A stretch of 64,000 nt of DNA. Source: a virus (lineage: Duplodnaviria; Caudoviricetes). Below the pieces are notes generated by a model, which was not told the origin of the DNA, searched no databases, and was given only the letters and a program-made list of their open reading frames with translations. The stretch covers positions 1 to 64,000 of IMG/VR virus record IMGVR_UViG_3300020577_005315; one strand, written 5' to 3'. How positions within the stretch are numbered: position 1 is the stretch's first letter; the number at the start of each line of letters is the position of its first letter. The translations under genes were made by a program, and so were the position numbers. Below, in pieces: positions 27,426 to 37,697 of the stretch.

Positions 27426-29690
27426 ATGCCTGACGACTTTGGGTCATACGCGGCGCAGTACGGTCTAAACACCTCAATCTACGCCCCGCCTCCGCCCCCG
27501 CGGTCGCCGGGGTTCTTCGGCTTCAACGCCCAGCAGGGTGGGCCGATGGGTGGGGCCATCCAATCAATGGTTCCAATGATTGGGGAGATGTTCCGCAGTC
27601 AGTTGGGTGGATACGGGTTCAACTTCGGGGCCGACCAGAACATCGCCAGCACGCAGCTGGCACGGGACTTCCTACGTCAGATGCGTGACGCCCGCAAGCT
27701 GGGCGCTCAGGCTGACAGATCCCAGGTAGAAGACCTCGTCCGCAGTATGGCCGTCGCGATCGGCCACCAGCCGCTGGCCAATCAGAAAACACCCGGCGGC
27801 CGGGTGATGTTCCAGCCGGACGTGGAACGGGCCATCTCGCAGTTCAGCGGCGACGCTTCCGGCCTGTTGCCGATCTTTGCGTCCATGTTCCCCGACACCG
27901 TCGACAGGATCCTCCCGCGGGGGTCCATGTCCGTCGCGGCCGGGTCGTTCACCAACGCTGGTCGGTTCGTCATCGACCCCCTGACGGGTAAGTCTGCTGC
28001 CGAATCTGCTGACTTCGCCGCCCGCGTCCTGACACCGCTCATGGACAAGGGGCCGGAGTACACGTCTGGTCTGCGGGCGGGCCGACTCGGATCTCTGTAC
28101 GAGACTTTGGTTCAGCGCGGCGACATCAGCAGTGGTCGCGACCTGGCCGAGCAGGTCGACATGCGGGAGAAGACGGGCGGGTTGTTCGGCGTCGGCATGG
28201 ACCGGAGGAAGGCGTCGGACGTCCAGGCGGATCGGGTGGGCCGTCGGCTGCAGGAGTACAGCAAGGTCATCGCGGCGATCAACGACATCTTCGCCGCCAA
28301 CGGCCGGCCTGACGCGCCGATGAGCGAGCTGATCCAATCGCTCGAAACGATGACCCAGGGCGGCATGTCTACGTACGACCCGCGTAAGCTGGCCGACATC
28401 GCCCGTACCATACAAGGAGCGTCGATCGAGTCCGGAATGGGTCTGGCCGGCATTACGCGTGTCGCTGCGGCTACAGGTGGGATGCTGGGGGAGTTTGGCG
28501 GTCACCGTGGTCTGGCGGCCCCGATCGCGCTCCAAGCGATTAGCGCAGGCAATGTGGCGGCGGATATGGGGTTTGGCCGTCCCAGCCCTGAAGGTATGTC
28601 CCGTGAGGCGTTCGTCGCCGCCGTAGCCCGCGACCGTGCGGCGTTCGCCGGCAGCGACATGGGTAACCGCATCGGCTCGATCCTGAACCTGGCCGTAGGC
28701 GCCCAACCGGGGTCGCGTCTGGCGAAGGTCGCTGCTGCCCTAGCCGCCGGTAACACTGGGGCTGAAGGGTTCGACATTCGTACGGCGCAGCTGCACGACA
28801 TCACCAAACTGGCCAGTGAGTCCGGGATCAGCGAATTCGCAACTATCACGCAGACCCAGAACACCCTGGCCAACCAGGGCGCGTTGGTGCGTAACGGCGA
28901 CGTGGTCAAGAAGCTCGGGCCGAAGATTCAGCAGTCCGAAGTCGAGCAGCTGTTCCTGAACATTTACGGGTCGCGGTTGGCGACGATGGGCGTCGACCCG
29001 AGCAAGTTCTTCGCGACCATGTACAGGGTGAGTCAGCGCGGCGACATCACCGGCGACGCCCAGTTCGGTCAGGAAATCGCCAAGGAGCTCGGTTTGGGTC
29101 AGGCGGCCGGGTCGGAGTTCGGAGCGTTTGTTGGTAACGTGGGGCAGATGCGTGGTACGAGCGGCTACAACCTGGCCCGACTCATTAATCCGGACGTGCG
29201 TGACGCGATGGGTGTAGCCGGCGGGCGGTTCGAGGCCGAAGGTCGTCGTCAGGCTCGACTGACTCACCTGGCCCGTGGTGGGTTCTTGTCACAGTTCTCA
29301 CAGAGTTTCCGCCAACTGGGTGAGCAGGGTAAGGGGTCGTGGTTAAGTCTGGCGTTAGGGACACTGGGGTTCGTGCCCGACGAATTGGCCGGTGTGTCGC
29401 CGACGAAGGATAAGATGGCTGCTCTAGGTGGAGCGGGGGCTATGGCGGAGCTGTTGACGCCGGCCGCCTCCCTTGAGGAACAGCTAAAGAACTCACACGG
29501 CATCCTCGGTAAGTCACTGACAACCTGGCGCAACCGTCCACTGGGAGTAGCCGACACGCCCGGCAACACCCCGGCCAACGCCCCGCAGTCGGGTATGCCG
29601 TCCAAGATCGAAATGAGTGGTATCCTGACCGTTGACATCGTAAAGGGTCAAGGCGCTCTGAGTGGCGAAGGCGCAGTTCCTAAGAAGTAA
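27426..29690 (+). CDS. Putative tape measure protein
   Basis: 754 aa Ala/Gly/Met-rich and helical; follows the chaperone-like genes. Confidence 0.6.
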   Translation: MPDDFGSYAAQYGLNTSIYAPPPPPRSPGFFGFNAQQGGPMGGAIQSMVPMIGEMFRSQLGGYGFNFGADQNIASTQLARDFLRQMRDARKLGAQADRSQVEDLVRSMAVAIGHQPLANQKTPGGRVMFQPDVERAISQFSGDASGLLPIFASMFPDTVDRILPRGSMSVAAGSFTNAGRFVIDPLTGKSAAESADFAARVLTPLMDKGPEYTSGLRAGRLGSLYETLVQRGDISSGRDLAEQVDMREKTGGLFGVGMDRRKASDVQADRVGRRLQEYSKVIAAINDIFAANGRPDAPMSELIQSLETMTQGGMSTYDPRKLADIARTIQGASIESGMGLAGITRVAAATGGMLGEFGGHRGLAAPIALQAISAGNVAADMGFGRPSPEGMSREAFVAAVARDRAAFAGSDMGNRIGSILNLAVGAQPGSRLAKVAAALAAGNTGAEGFDIRTAQLHDITKLASESGISEFATITQTQNTLANQGALVRNGDVVKKLGPKIQQSEVEQLFLNIYGSRLATMGVDPSKFFATMYRVSQRGDITGDAQFGQEIAKELGLGQAAGSEFGAFVGNVGQMRGTSGYNLARLINPDVRDAMGVAGGRFEAEGRRQARLTHLARGGFLSQFSQSFRQLGEQGKGSWLSLALGTLGFVPDELAGVSPTKDKMAALGGAGAMAELLTPAASLEEQLKNSHGILGKSLTTWRNRPLGVADTPGNTPANAPQSGMPSKIEMSGILTVDIVKGQGALSGEGAVPKK

Positions 29691-29695
29691 CTACC

Positions 29696-30211
29696 ATGTA
29701 CGTGTTCGGTTCTTCCGCCGGGATCGTGTCTGCCACCCTCACGGGCGGGGCCATACCGTTCTCCATCGGCATTAGCGGCAACGTCAACGCCCCCGAGTTC
29801 CCATCTTACACGCTGTCCAAGGCGATCCTGACCGGCCTCCAGTACGGCGGCCGGGCTGGGTTGGGTGTTAGTCACACCCTCCGCGACCGTGTGTACCTGT
29901 ACGTGTTCGGCGACAGGGTTGGTAAGATCGAGATGAGCGGTTACGCGTTCGCCGAGATCTGCAACGGCGCGTCGGACGCCAACTACACTGGGTTCGACGC
30001 GGTCAACGCGTACTACGAGAAGGCCCGTGTAACGGCGCAGGGTCTGCCGGTGACTCTGGTGATCGGACGGTCTACGACGTTCGTCGGGTTCATGACCGAC
30101 TTCGTGTTCGGTATAGAGGACGCCTCCACAGGGTTAGGGTCGTTCAAGTTCGGATTTACGTCGCTGCCGCGGAACGCGTTCGGCCAGGTGCCGCGGCTGC
30201 CTTGGGAATAA
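29696..30211 (+). CDS. Putative tube-initiator/baseplate protein
   Basis: 'YLYVFGDRVGKIEMSG'; directly after the tape measure gene. Confidence 0.5.
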   Translation: MYVFGSSAGIVSATLTGGAIPFSIGISGNVNAPEFPSYTLSKAILTGLQYGGRAGLGVSHTLRDRVYLYVFGDRVGKIEMSGYAFAEICNGASDANYTGFDAVNAYYEKARVTAQGLPVTLVIGRSTTFVGFMTDFVFGIEDASTGLGSFKFGFTSLPRNAFGQVPRLPWE

Positions 30212-30212
30212 C

Positions 30213-30695
30213 ATGGTCAACCACTTTCGCACGTTGTTACTGAACCTGTCCCCGACCCCAACTCCTGGGCCGGGTGAAGAATACATTCCCACCACGTTCG
30301 TTCCCTTGCCGCTCCCACAACCACTGGCCGACGTAAGAACCCTACTCCTGACCCCTACCACAGACCGGGACACCCTCAACGTCCAGATCGCCCGCCTCCT
30401 GGCTTACGTACACACATCGTCGCTTCGACAATACGTGACGCAGTTCGACGGTCGGACGACGTACGATCCGTTGGCCCCCGCCGACACGGTCGTCAATCTG
30501 ATCTCTCCGCCGCCTGGGTCGTTCGCGGACGCGGCGAGTAAGACGGTGGATGAACGGGTCGTGTTCCGGCCGGCCGGCGACGAGGCCGATAGGGCGTACT
30601 ACTACGTCTGGAGCAACCTATACCCTGACCCGCTACGCGCGTGCGCACTGGCACTGGCCTTGGTCGCCCGCATCGAAGAGCTTCGAACGCACTAA
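30213..30695 (+). CDS. Hypothetical baseplate-region protein
   Basis: Closely coupled ORF in the tail operon. Confidence 0.5.
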   Translation: MVNHFRTLLLNLSPTPTPGPGEEYIPTTFVPLPLPQPLADVRTLLLTPTTDRDTLNVQIARLLAYVHTSSLRQYVTQFDGRTTYDPLAPADTVVNLISPPPGSFADAASKTVDERVVFRPAGDEADRAYYYVWSNLYPDPLRACALALALVARIEELRTH

Positions 30696-30704
30696 GGAGA
30701 GTCG

Positions 30705-32738
30705 ATGGCAGGTGAGTGGGCACGCGTATCGAAACTGTTTGCGTTCGTCGGCATCCGACGTGACGACCTGGATCCTATACTGGGTCCGTCGATCGTCAAC
30801 AAGTTCCGGCCGCTGCTGGACGCGTACACGATCCGAGAGCCCCTACACGTCAGCCTGAAGGACGCTAAGTACACGCCGGCCAACGCCCCGTACATTCTAG
30901 TCCTGGACGTACGCCGGTTTGAGATCAACGCTGCCCTGAATGGGATCCCACGCGCCACCTGTATGATGGCGATTGGTAGGGACGGCCAGCGTTTGGTCGA
31001 CGCCGCCAACGCGGCTAACACCACCCTCGCCCCGATTCACGTTCTTGATCAGTATCTGGGTAAGTTCGTCACTGCCCGCGTGTACTTCAACGAGCAGCAG
31101 ACGTACACGGCCGGAACCGTTGACGGGGGCGATAACGGTGGGCGTGACAACAGTGACTGGGTCGTCCTGTTCGAAGGCGTAACGGCCGCACCCACGTGGC
31201 GATTCAACGACCAGGACGCGGGTCTCGTTCTTCACCTAGCCCACTTCACTTCGCAACTTACGTACTCGTCGTCGCTGTCCGGGTCAGTGGCGTCCGGGTC
31301 TGCCACTCCCGCGTCGTTCCAGATCGCTACCTTCCCGCAGGCCGTTGCCGGCGCAGGTTTACCGTTCACGCCTCAAGGCGCCGTAGCTGCGTCCTTGGCA
31401 GGCGGTCCCGCTGCACAGAACGACTTCTGGGGATACAACTTGCCGACCGGTCCTGGGGCTAAGTACCCGGCCGTCGGTTTGAAGGGCTTCCTAAACAATC
31501 TAGCGAACACTGACCAGTTCCAGTGGAGCGCGTTCGCAGTCGCTGACGGCGCTCAATCTTCGACCTGTATCGTGCCGCAGGGCGGACTGTTAAAGAACAA
31601 CCGCGCCCTCAGCGCCCTCGCCAAGATCGAGCCGTACAGGTTCGGTACGCTGGGTTACGCCGAAGCCGTCGCCGCATGGAATAAATTGGCGACCCTGTAC
31701 ACGCCGAACCAGGACGGCAGCGGTATCGACAGGTCGTCGTTGGCGAAAGTGCCTGAGTACGCCACCCTCGGCTACCAGTACGCCGTCCCGCTGCCGTTCT
31801 ACCTGAACGACACGGTGCTGGGGGCGACCAGTATCGGAAAGGGGTTTGCAGGCGATATCGCTGGGGCCACGTTCCAGCAGCTGACGTCGGCGTCGTTCTG
31901 GGAGCTCCTGACGGGTCGATACGCCAGTCGGTACCAGTTGGCGTTCGTGCCTACGGCTGAGGGCGGAGCCGTCATCCCCGCCCAGCCCTTACTCAGTAAG
32001 TCGTGGCAGACCATCTACGAGAGTGAGATTTCGTCCTGGGACGACGACATGGGTAGTCCCGTGCCTGTGCGGGGCGTCATGCTCACGTGCGACCGGGTGT
32101 CTACAGCGGGGGCGTTCAACGCCGGTTACCAGCCTATTTGCGCTGTGTACGACAGCTGCGAAGACGGCGTTCTGGTAACCAAGATGCTGCCGGAGTGGTT
32201 GTGGTCAGCGTACCGCGGCGTTGGCGCTGGTATTGCTCCCGAACGACCCAAGATGATGGCTTCCGCCCCCAGCGCCTTGGCCGCCGTCGTGGGCACGGCT
32301 GGCGCTGTCGGTAAGACCGACCCGTCCGATATTCAACGATCCACTGCCAATCGGCTAGCCAAGGCGTACTGGCAGCAGGAGCGTCTGCGCTACCGGTCGC
32401 TGATGGTGGCCTGTAGACTTCGGTACGACATTGCCCCTGGGTCGGTGATCTCGTGCGAGCTACCGTGCGACCGATACGTTCGCCAGACCAACGTCCGGGA
32501 CAACAAGTCGTCTCTGGTATCCGGGATGGTGCTCAACATGACCATCTCCGTAGACTGTGAGGGCGAGACGGCGTCCACCAACTTCATGATCGGTTTCCCG
32601 CGGACGGAGGCCGAGACGAAGAAGACCAACAAACTGTTCGCGAACTCGCACCCCTTCTGGCGGACCGTGTGTTATGGCTTACCCTGGGCAGACTCCACCG
32701 GGATTAGAAACAAACTTGGGCCCAACGCGACTCTCTAA
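30705..32738 (+). CDS. Putative baseplate hub protein
   Basis: 677 aa; 'VLFEG', 'LRYDIAPGSVI..GMVLNMTISVD' resemble gp27/gpD-like hub C-termini. Confidence 0.5.
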   Translation: MAGEWARVSKLFAFVGIRRDDLDPILGPSIVNKFRPLLDAYTIREPLHVSLKDAKYTPANAPYILVLDVRRFEINAALNGIPRATCMMAIGRDGQRLVDAANAANTTLAPIHVLDQYLGKFVTARVYFNEQQTYTAGTVDGGDNGGRDNSDWVVLFEGVTAAPTWRFNDQDAGLVLHLAHFTSQLTYSSSLSGSVASGSATPASFQIATFPQAVAGAGLPFTPQGAVAASLAGGPAAQNDFWGYNLPTGPGAKYPAVGLKGFLNNLANTDQFQWSAFAVADGAQSSTCIVPQGGLLKNNRALSALAKIEPYRFGTLGYAEAVAAWNKLATLYTPNQDGSGIDRSSLAKVPEYATLGYQYAVPLPFYLNDTVLGATSIGKGFAGDIAGATFQQLTSASFWELLTGRYASRYQLAFVPTAEGGAVIPAQPLLSKSWQTIYESEISSWDDDMGSPVPVRGVMLTCDRVSTAGAFNAGYQPICAVYDSCEDGVLVTKMLPEWLWSAYRGVGAGIAPERPKMMASAPSALAAVVGTAGAVGKTDPSDIQRSTANRLAKAYWQQERLRYRSLMVACRLRYDIAPGSVISCELPCDRYVRQTNVRDNKSSLVSGMVLNMTISVDCEGETASTNFMIGFPRTEAETKKTNKLFANSHPFWRTVCYGLPWADSTGIRNKLGPNATL

Positions 32739-33501
32739 GAGCGACGAGGCGCCCCAGTCCCTGTGGTCCACTCCCGTCAATAACAGCCTGCTGGAGCCGG
32801 AGTACTCCGGCGTCTACAAGGCGTATCAGCAGGCCCCTAACCCACAGAATACGGCGTCACTCCTCAAAGCCGTCCACCCCGTCATCGACGAGGCGTTGCG
32901 GTCGTACGCCGGCAGCGAGGCCAACACGGCCACCGCCAGGGCCAGGGCCAAGATTCTGACCCTGGAAGCCGTACAGCGATACAGCCCCGACAAGGCCAAG
33001 CTGCGGACTCACCTGCTCAGCCACTTACGCGGTCTACGCCGCATGACGGAGCGTTCTACGTCCGGCGTTTATGTACCCGAGCAGTGGCGACTTGATGCCC
33101 AGAAGATCGAGCTGGCCCACAACGACGCCCGTGATGAACTGGGCCGTGACCCGTCCGACGCGGAACTCACGGAACGCACCGGGATCCCCCTTGAGCGTAT
33201 TCGTCGGGCTAGGGCCGTTCCCGGCGTACTGGCGTCGAGCCAACTCGAAGGGACGATGGAGAACCCCGACCCCGACCACAAGGCGTGGGAGCGGTGGGTC
33301 GACGGCATCTACCATGACCTTGACCCCGTAGATCAGATTATCCTAGAACACTCTACAGGGCTTCATGGCAAGGAGGTCCTGCCCGCTACCGTACTTGCCC
33401 AGAAGATCAACTTGTCCCCTGGCTCCGTGAGCCAGAGAAAAGCTCGTATCCAAACGATGCTGGACCAGTATTCGAAGTTCATGAAGGGACGGAGTGGGTA
33501 A
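32674..33501 (+). CDS. Phage-encoded sigma70-family (FliA/SigB-like) sigma factor
   Basis: Region 2 'EAVQRYSPDKAKLRTHL', region 3 'ELGRDPSDAELTERTGI', region 4 HTH 'LAQKINLSPGSVSQRK'. Confidence 0.8.
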   Translation: MAYPGQTPPGLETNLGPTRLSKSDEAPQSLWSTPVNNSLLEPEYSGVYKAYQQAPNPQNTASLLKAVHPVIDEALRSYAGSEANTATARARAKILTLEAVQRYSPDKAKLRTHLLSHLRGLRRMTERSTSGVYVPEQWRLDAQKIELAHNDARDELGRDPSDAELTERTGIPLERIRRARAVPGVLASSQLEGTMENPDPDHKAWERWVDGIYHDLDPVDQIILEHSTGLHGKEVLPATVLAQKINLSPGSVSQRKARIQTMLDQYSKFMKGRSG

Positions 33502-34250
33502 TGGGACTGTTTGACAGACTCTTCGGTCCGGCTCGTGACAACGAAGAGAGGGCCAAGTTCCTAGCTGACATCACTAAGGCGACCGAGCACCGGCGTAAGG
33601 CCGACGACGCTAGGACTGCTTTCCTCGAAGCCGTCGAGGAGTCGCGGGTAGTCGAGAACGATAAGACGTCGCCACAGGCCGTGATGGACGAGAAGGTGTT
33701 CCCTAACCAGGACATCGATCGCGACATCATCGTCGACAGTCGAGAGTTTCGCGTCACGGTGTTCCTGGATGATGGGGACGGCAAACAGGTCAGTCGGGTG
33801 GTTAAGGGTAAGGCCGAGGTAGACCGTCTGATCCGACAGTGCGTCCAGAACGGCGTGAGCTACACCGAAGACGGCGTGACCCACACCGTCGCCGCTCGCC
33901 GCGTGCACAAGGTGACCCATCGTCAACTGTTGGGGCCTTGTACCTCCACGCCATGCGCTCCGCCGTGTCCTGTCGACACGATGGCTAAGCTCTTGAACGA
34001 CGCCATCAAGGTCAACCGTGAGTTGGTCGACGAACTGATTGAGACGCGGGTCGACACAAACGGCGTGCCCGACGATCGTCTACCCGACTTCGTGTACGCC
34101 GAGCAGGACGGCAAGATTCAGGTCGGGCTCTTGGGCGTCCTCAACGGCTTTGCCGCCCTGTACGGCAAGGTGCTGGTCGCTGTGACCCGCGACGCGGAGC
34201 CTACCAGCCTTCTGTACGTCGAAGTCCGGCCCAAGATTGGTGGTGTTTAA
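33501..34250 (+). CDS. Hypothetical protein
   Basis: TAATG-coupled ORF. Confidence 0.55.
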   Translation: MGLFDRLFGPARDNEERAKFLADITKATEHRRKADDARTAFLEAVEESRVVENDKTSPQAVMDEKVFPNQDIDRDIIVDSREFRVTVFLDDGDGKQVSRVVKGKAEVDRLIRQCVQNGVSYTEDGVTHTVAARRVHKVTHRQLLGPCTSTPCAPPCPVDTMAKLLNDAIKVNRELVDELIETRVDTNGVPDDRLPDFVYAEQDGKIQVGLLGVLNGFAALYGKVLVAVTRDAEPTSLLYVEVRPKIGGV

Positions 34251-34432
34251 TGAGCGAGCAGACCGAGTTTGAGAAGTTGGACGCCGAAGAGGCCAAGAAG
34301 CGCGAGAACCTCCGACCTATGACGATCGGCCAGGTGGTAGGTCGAACGGTCTACACAGGCCGCAACGAACGCTGTCCGTGCGGCAGCGGCCTGAAGTATA
34401 AGAAGTGCCACCGCGTCTACCAGATGGGGTAA
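34250..34432 (+). CDS. SEC-C motif protein
   Basis: 'GRNERCPCGSGLKYKKCH' is a canonical SEC-C Zn-binding motif. Confidence 0.9.
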   Translation: MSEQTEFEKLDAEEAKKRENLRPMTIGQVVGRTVYTGRNERCPCGSGLKYKKCHRVYQMG

Positions 34433-34435
34433 GCG

Positions 34436-34891
34436 ATGCCTACGCCGCAGTTCTACACCTTCATCCAGGACCTCCAGAAGATCGCCGCCGCCCAGGGCGT
34501 CGCTGCGGCCGCCCCGGGTGTTGCTCGTCCTAAGTGGGCCGTCCCCAGTACTTTCACTCTCGGCCTGGACGTTCAGAGTCCGCTCGCCTGGCGTGCTGCC
34601 TGTGATAGGACGTCCCTCAACAACTACTGTCTCCAACAGTATCGTACCGGCGCTACCCCTAACGCCGGACGCATCGGCAACGTCATGGCCGCTAAGCAGG
34701 CGCTGGATCGTATGGCCACGTTTGAACGCGCCGCGCACGCCCGGTATGCTTCTAGTATTCGGTGCCGCACCTGGGCCGGGGCGCGTAGGTCTGGTCACGG
34801 CGACGCATATTACGGCGTGCATAGCTCCGTGAAGAACTCCGTGGACGCACTGCTCAACGCGTCTACCGACAACAACTCCCCCCTAATCTAA
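34436..34891 (+). CDS. Hypothetical protein
   Basis: Coupled ORF before the gp25-like gene. Confidence 0.5.
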   Translation: MPTPQFYTFIQDLQKIAAAQGVAAAAPGVARPKWAVPSTFTLGLDVQSPLAWRAACDRTSLNNYCLQQYRTGATPNAGRIGNVMAAKQALDRMATFERAAHARYASSIRCRTWAGARRSGHGDAYYGVHSSVKNSVDALLNASTDNNSPLI

Positions 34892-35301
34892 TGTATGATC
34901 TACGCCTGTTCGACGCAGTCGGTCCGACGCTCGACACGACCAACTTCAAGCCGGCGTCTACTGCCGGTGCGGATAAGGTCGCTAACCGCGTCGTGTACGC
35001 ACTGATGACCCCCCTGGGTAGCGTACCTGGAGCTCCCACCTTCGGATCGCATTTCAGTACCCTAGTACAAGGGTTCAAGTCTGAGCACGACATTTACGTC
35101 GCGTTTGCGACGGTAAAGGGTGACGTCGTCAGTTCAGTCCTCAGCAGTGAGGCAGACTCGGAGCCTGACTCCGAAAAACTAAGCGACGCGCGCGTATCGA
35201 GCGTGTCGTTCACCGGCGATCTTGTTACCATCTACCTGGACGTCGTGTCGGTGGACGGGTCTAAGCCGATCGAAGCCCCATTCATTCAGATTGAGACGTA
35301 A
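34891..35301 (+). CDS. Baseplate wedge subunit (gp25/GPW-like)
   Basis: 'LMTPLGSVPGAPTFGS' motif; upstream of the baseplate J-like gene. Confidence 0.75.
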   Translation: MYDLRLFDAVGPTLDTTNFKPASTAGADKVANRVVYALMTPLGSVPGAPTFGSHFSTLVQGFKSEHDIYVAFATVKGDVVSSVLSSEADSEPDSEKLSDARVSSVSFTGDLVTIYLDVVSVDGSKPIEAPFIQIET

Positions 35302-35303
35302 CA

Positions 35304-36920
35304 ATGGTGACGGCGGCCGACTTGGCTGGGGCGACTGCTTCCGACGTGGCTAGCGCCAGGACGGCGCTTTCATCGTTCCTACAGGCCAAGTTCCCCAGCC
35401 TGTCCCTGTCCACATCGCAACTCGCCGACCTGGTACTGAGTCCAGCCGCCGTGGCACTAGCGGCCGTCGACGCGTACGGTGAGTCTGTGGCTGCCGCTCT
35501 GAACCCGGAAACGGCCCTGACTACGGGTGTGTACGATGAGGCCACCCTGACGTCCGTGTTAGCGGGACGTGGTGTTACGCGTAAGACGGCTACCACGGCT
35601 ACTGGGTCTATCGGCTTGAAATTCTCGACGGACGCGTACCACAACGTACCCGTAAACTGGACGGTTCAAACCGCCGACGGCGTACAGTTCAAGACGACGT
35701 CCACCGTATCGGTCATCCCCAGCGCGTCTACGCCCACGTCGAGCACGCAAGTTGCCGCCGTCGTGGATCCCACCGGTGGCTACATTGCCGTCATTCCGGC
35801 CACTGCCGTCGTCGCCGGCGCGTCTGGCAACGTGCTGGCCGGCACGACGCTGACGACGGTCACGTCCGACGTCGACGGCACACTAACCAGTGTGTGGACG
35901 ACCACGTCGTTCACAGGAGGCGCGGACCTGGAGAGCGACGCCGCCCTTCTCCTCCGCCTCCCGGCTGCTACGGCGCCGAGAACTAATGGGTCGGCTAACG
36001 GCGCTACCGGTGTGCTGTTGAACGCGGTACCCGCGGCGTCGGCTGTGACGTCGATCGGGTTCGGGGACGCGGCTCTGGTCCGGGGTCGGTCGCTCCTGGC
36101 GTCGCAGTCGCCGGGCCGCCAAGACGTGTGGTTCCGTACCAGCTCCGTACCCAGTCGCAACACCGTCGACGTCACGGCTACTTTCATCGGCACGTCAGGG
36201 CCCAGCGGTATTTGGCGTTTTACTATCCCGGTAGGGTCAGCCGCCGGCTTGTACGCCGTGGAGAAGGTGGTCCGCGCTGGGACGGCGATCACGGCGACAG
36301 GATACGTACCGACTACAGTGACGTTCGGTTTTGACCTATCGCAGGACTCCGCCCCACCGGACGTGCGGTCCGTCAGCGACGCGGCGATGTCTGCGTACAC
36401 CACCGCAACCGTTACGTTCACTGACACAGACACGTCTACGGTTGGTCTGGTAACTAACACCAGCACCAAAGCATACACCGCCGTCGTACGCCAAGTCCCC
36501 AGCGTCGCAGCTGCCCAAACCGCTGCGTCTGACGCTGCCGTACGCGTAGCAGGCGGCGACTGCCTGACGCGTGGCGCCCTGGTCGCGTCAGTCACTGTGA
36601 CGGCCAGCTTCACGCCGGCTACCGGTGTGACGGTCACGAACTCTCAGGTCCAGTCCGCCCTAGCCGCTGCGGTCAACGCGACCGGAATTAGTAACACCCT
36701 CTCCGTTCCAGCCGTCACGGCCGACGCAGTCTCGCGACTCCCCGCCGGCACATCACTGACGCTCAGCAACTGGGCGGCCACACTCTACCCGGCCGACAAT
36801 GATTCGAACGTCACCGCCACCGGAACCACGGCGGTGACGTTCGCGACCAACTACGCCAGGAACATCGGCCCCAGGACGGTGGCGTTTTACCTTGACCCGA
36901 CCAACGTAACGATCAGCTAG
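35304..36920 (+). CDS. Baseplate J-like wedge protein
   Basis: 'RGVTRKTATTATG', 'GASGNV', 'FTGGADLESDAALLLR' are J-like motifs. Confidence 0.8.
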   Translation: MVTAADLAGATASDVASARTALSSFLQAKFPSLSLSTSQLADLVLSPAAVALAAVDAYGESVAAALNPETALTTGVYDEATLTSVLAGRGVTRKTATTATGSIGLKFSTDAYHNVPVNWTVQTADGVQFKTTSTVSVIPSASTPTSSTQVAAVVDPTGGYIAVIPATAVVAGASGNVLAGTTLTTVTSDVDGTLTSVWTTTSFTGGADLESDAALLLRLPAATAPRTNGSANGATGVLLNAVPAASAVTSIGFGDAALVRGRSLLASQSPGRQDVWFRTSSVPSRNTVDVTATFIGTSGPSGIWRFTIPVGSAAGLYAVEKVVRAGTAITATGYVPTTVTFGFDLSQDSAPPDVRSVSDAAMSAYTTATVTFTDTDTSTVGLVTNTSTKAYTAVVRQVPSVAAAQTAASDAAVRVAGGDCLTRGALVASVTVTASFTPATGVTVTNSQVQSALAAAVNATGISNTLSVPAVTADAVSRLPAGTSLTLSNWAATLYPADNDSNVTATGTTAVTFATNYARNIGPRTVAFYLDPTNVTIS

Positions 36921-36928
36921 GGGCTCTC

Positions 36929-37696
36929 ATGACGTCCATTGACGCCGTGACGGTGAGTGTCAACTGCGGCGACTTCCTGACCGAGACGGTCAAATGGAAT
37001 CGACAGCACTTCAATAAGTGGGTCATAGTGACGACTCCCGACGACAAAGAGACGCGCGAGGTGTGCCGTCGGTACAACCTCACATGCCTCGTCACGGAAG
37101 ACGACAAACGGGACGGCGACTTCTCCAAGGGCCGCCTGGTTGAACGCGGCCTCCAACAGCTCTCTGCCAAGTCCTGGATCCTTCACATCGACTCGGACGT
37201 TGTACTCCCCCTGTCGTTCCGAGACGACCTGAAACGGGCCCACTTGGACCCGACGTTCATCTACGGCGTCGATCGGTACATGGTGAAGAGCTACGAGCAG
37301 TGGCAGAAGCTCGTCATGTCCGGCGTCCTCCACACGTCTCCGTACGGCTGTGCGCATAGTAATAGTCCGCCGGCCGGGGTAGAGCTCGGGTGCCGCTGGG
37401 CGGACCGCGACGGCTACGTGCCGATCGGGTTCTTTCAGCTGTGGCACCGGGACGAGGGCGGCGAGGAGTGGCGCGGCGTTCGCACTAAGCCGTACCCGCA
37501 CCAGCACGGCAACGCGTGTCGGTCCGACGTCCAGCACGCCAAGCAGTGGGACCGGCGGAAGCGTGCGTTGATCCCTGAGCTGTTCGTCGCCCATCTGGAG
37601 AGCGAAGCCGTTCCGAACGGCAAGAACTGGAACGGGCGTAAGACGGCTCGTTTCGGCAACGGGCTGCTCACGTCTAAGCCTACCCACTACAACTAA
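36929..37696 (+). CDS. Glycosyltransferase (GT2/GT-A fold)
   Basis: 'WILHIDSDVVLP' DxD motif; 'PIGFFQLWH'. Confidence 0.75.
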   Translation: MTSIDAVTVSVNCGDFLTETVKWNRQHFNKWVIVTTPDDKETREVCRRYNLTCLVTEDDKRDGDFSKGRLVERGLQQLSAKSWILHIDSDVVLPLSFRDDLKRAHLDPTFIYGVDRYMVKSYEQWQKLVMSGVLHTSPYGCAHSNSPPAGVELGCRWADRDGYVPIGFFQLWHRDEGGEEWRGVRTKPYPHQHGNACRSDVQHAKQWDRRKRALIPELFVAHLESEAVPNGKNWNGRKTARFGNGLLTSKPTHYN

Positions 37697-37697
37697 C

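Noticed and set aside
20218-36920. Bacterial contractile injection system (eCIS/T6SS/tailocin)
   Set aside because: Capsid, terminase, ThyX, PhoH and RNR genes in the same window indicate a genuine phage.
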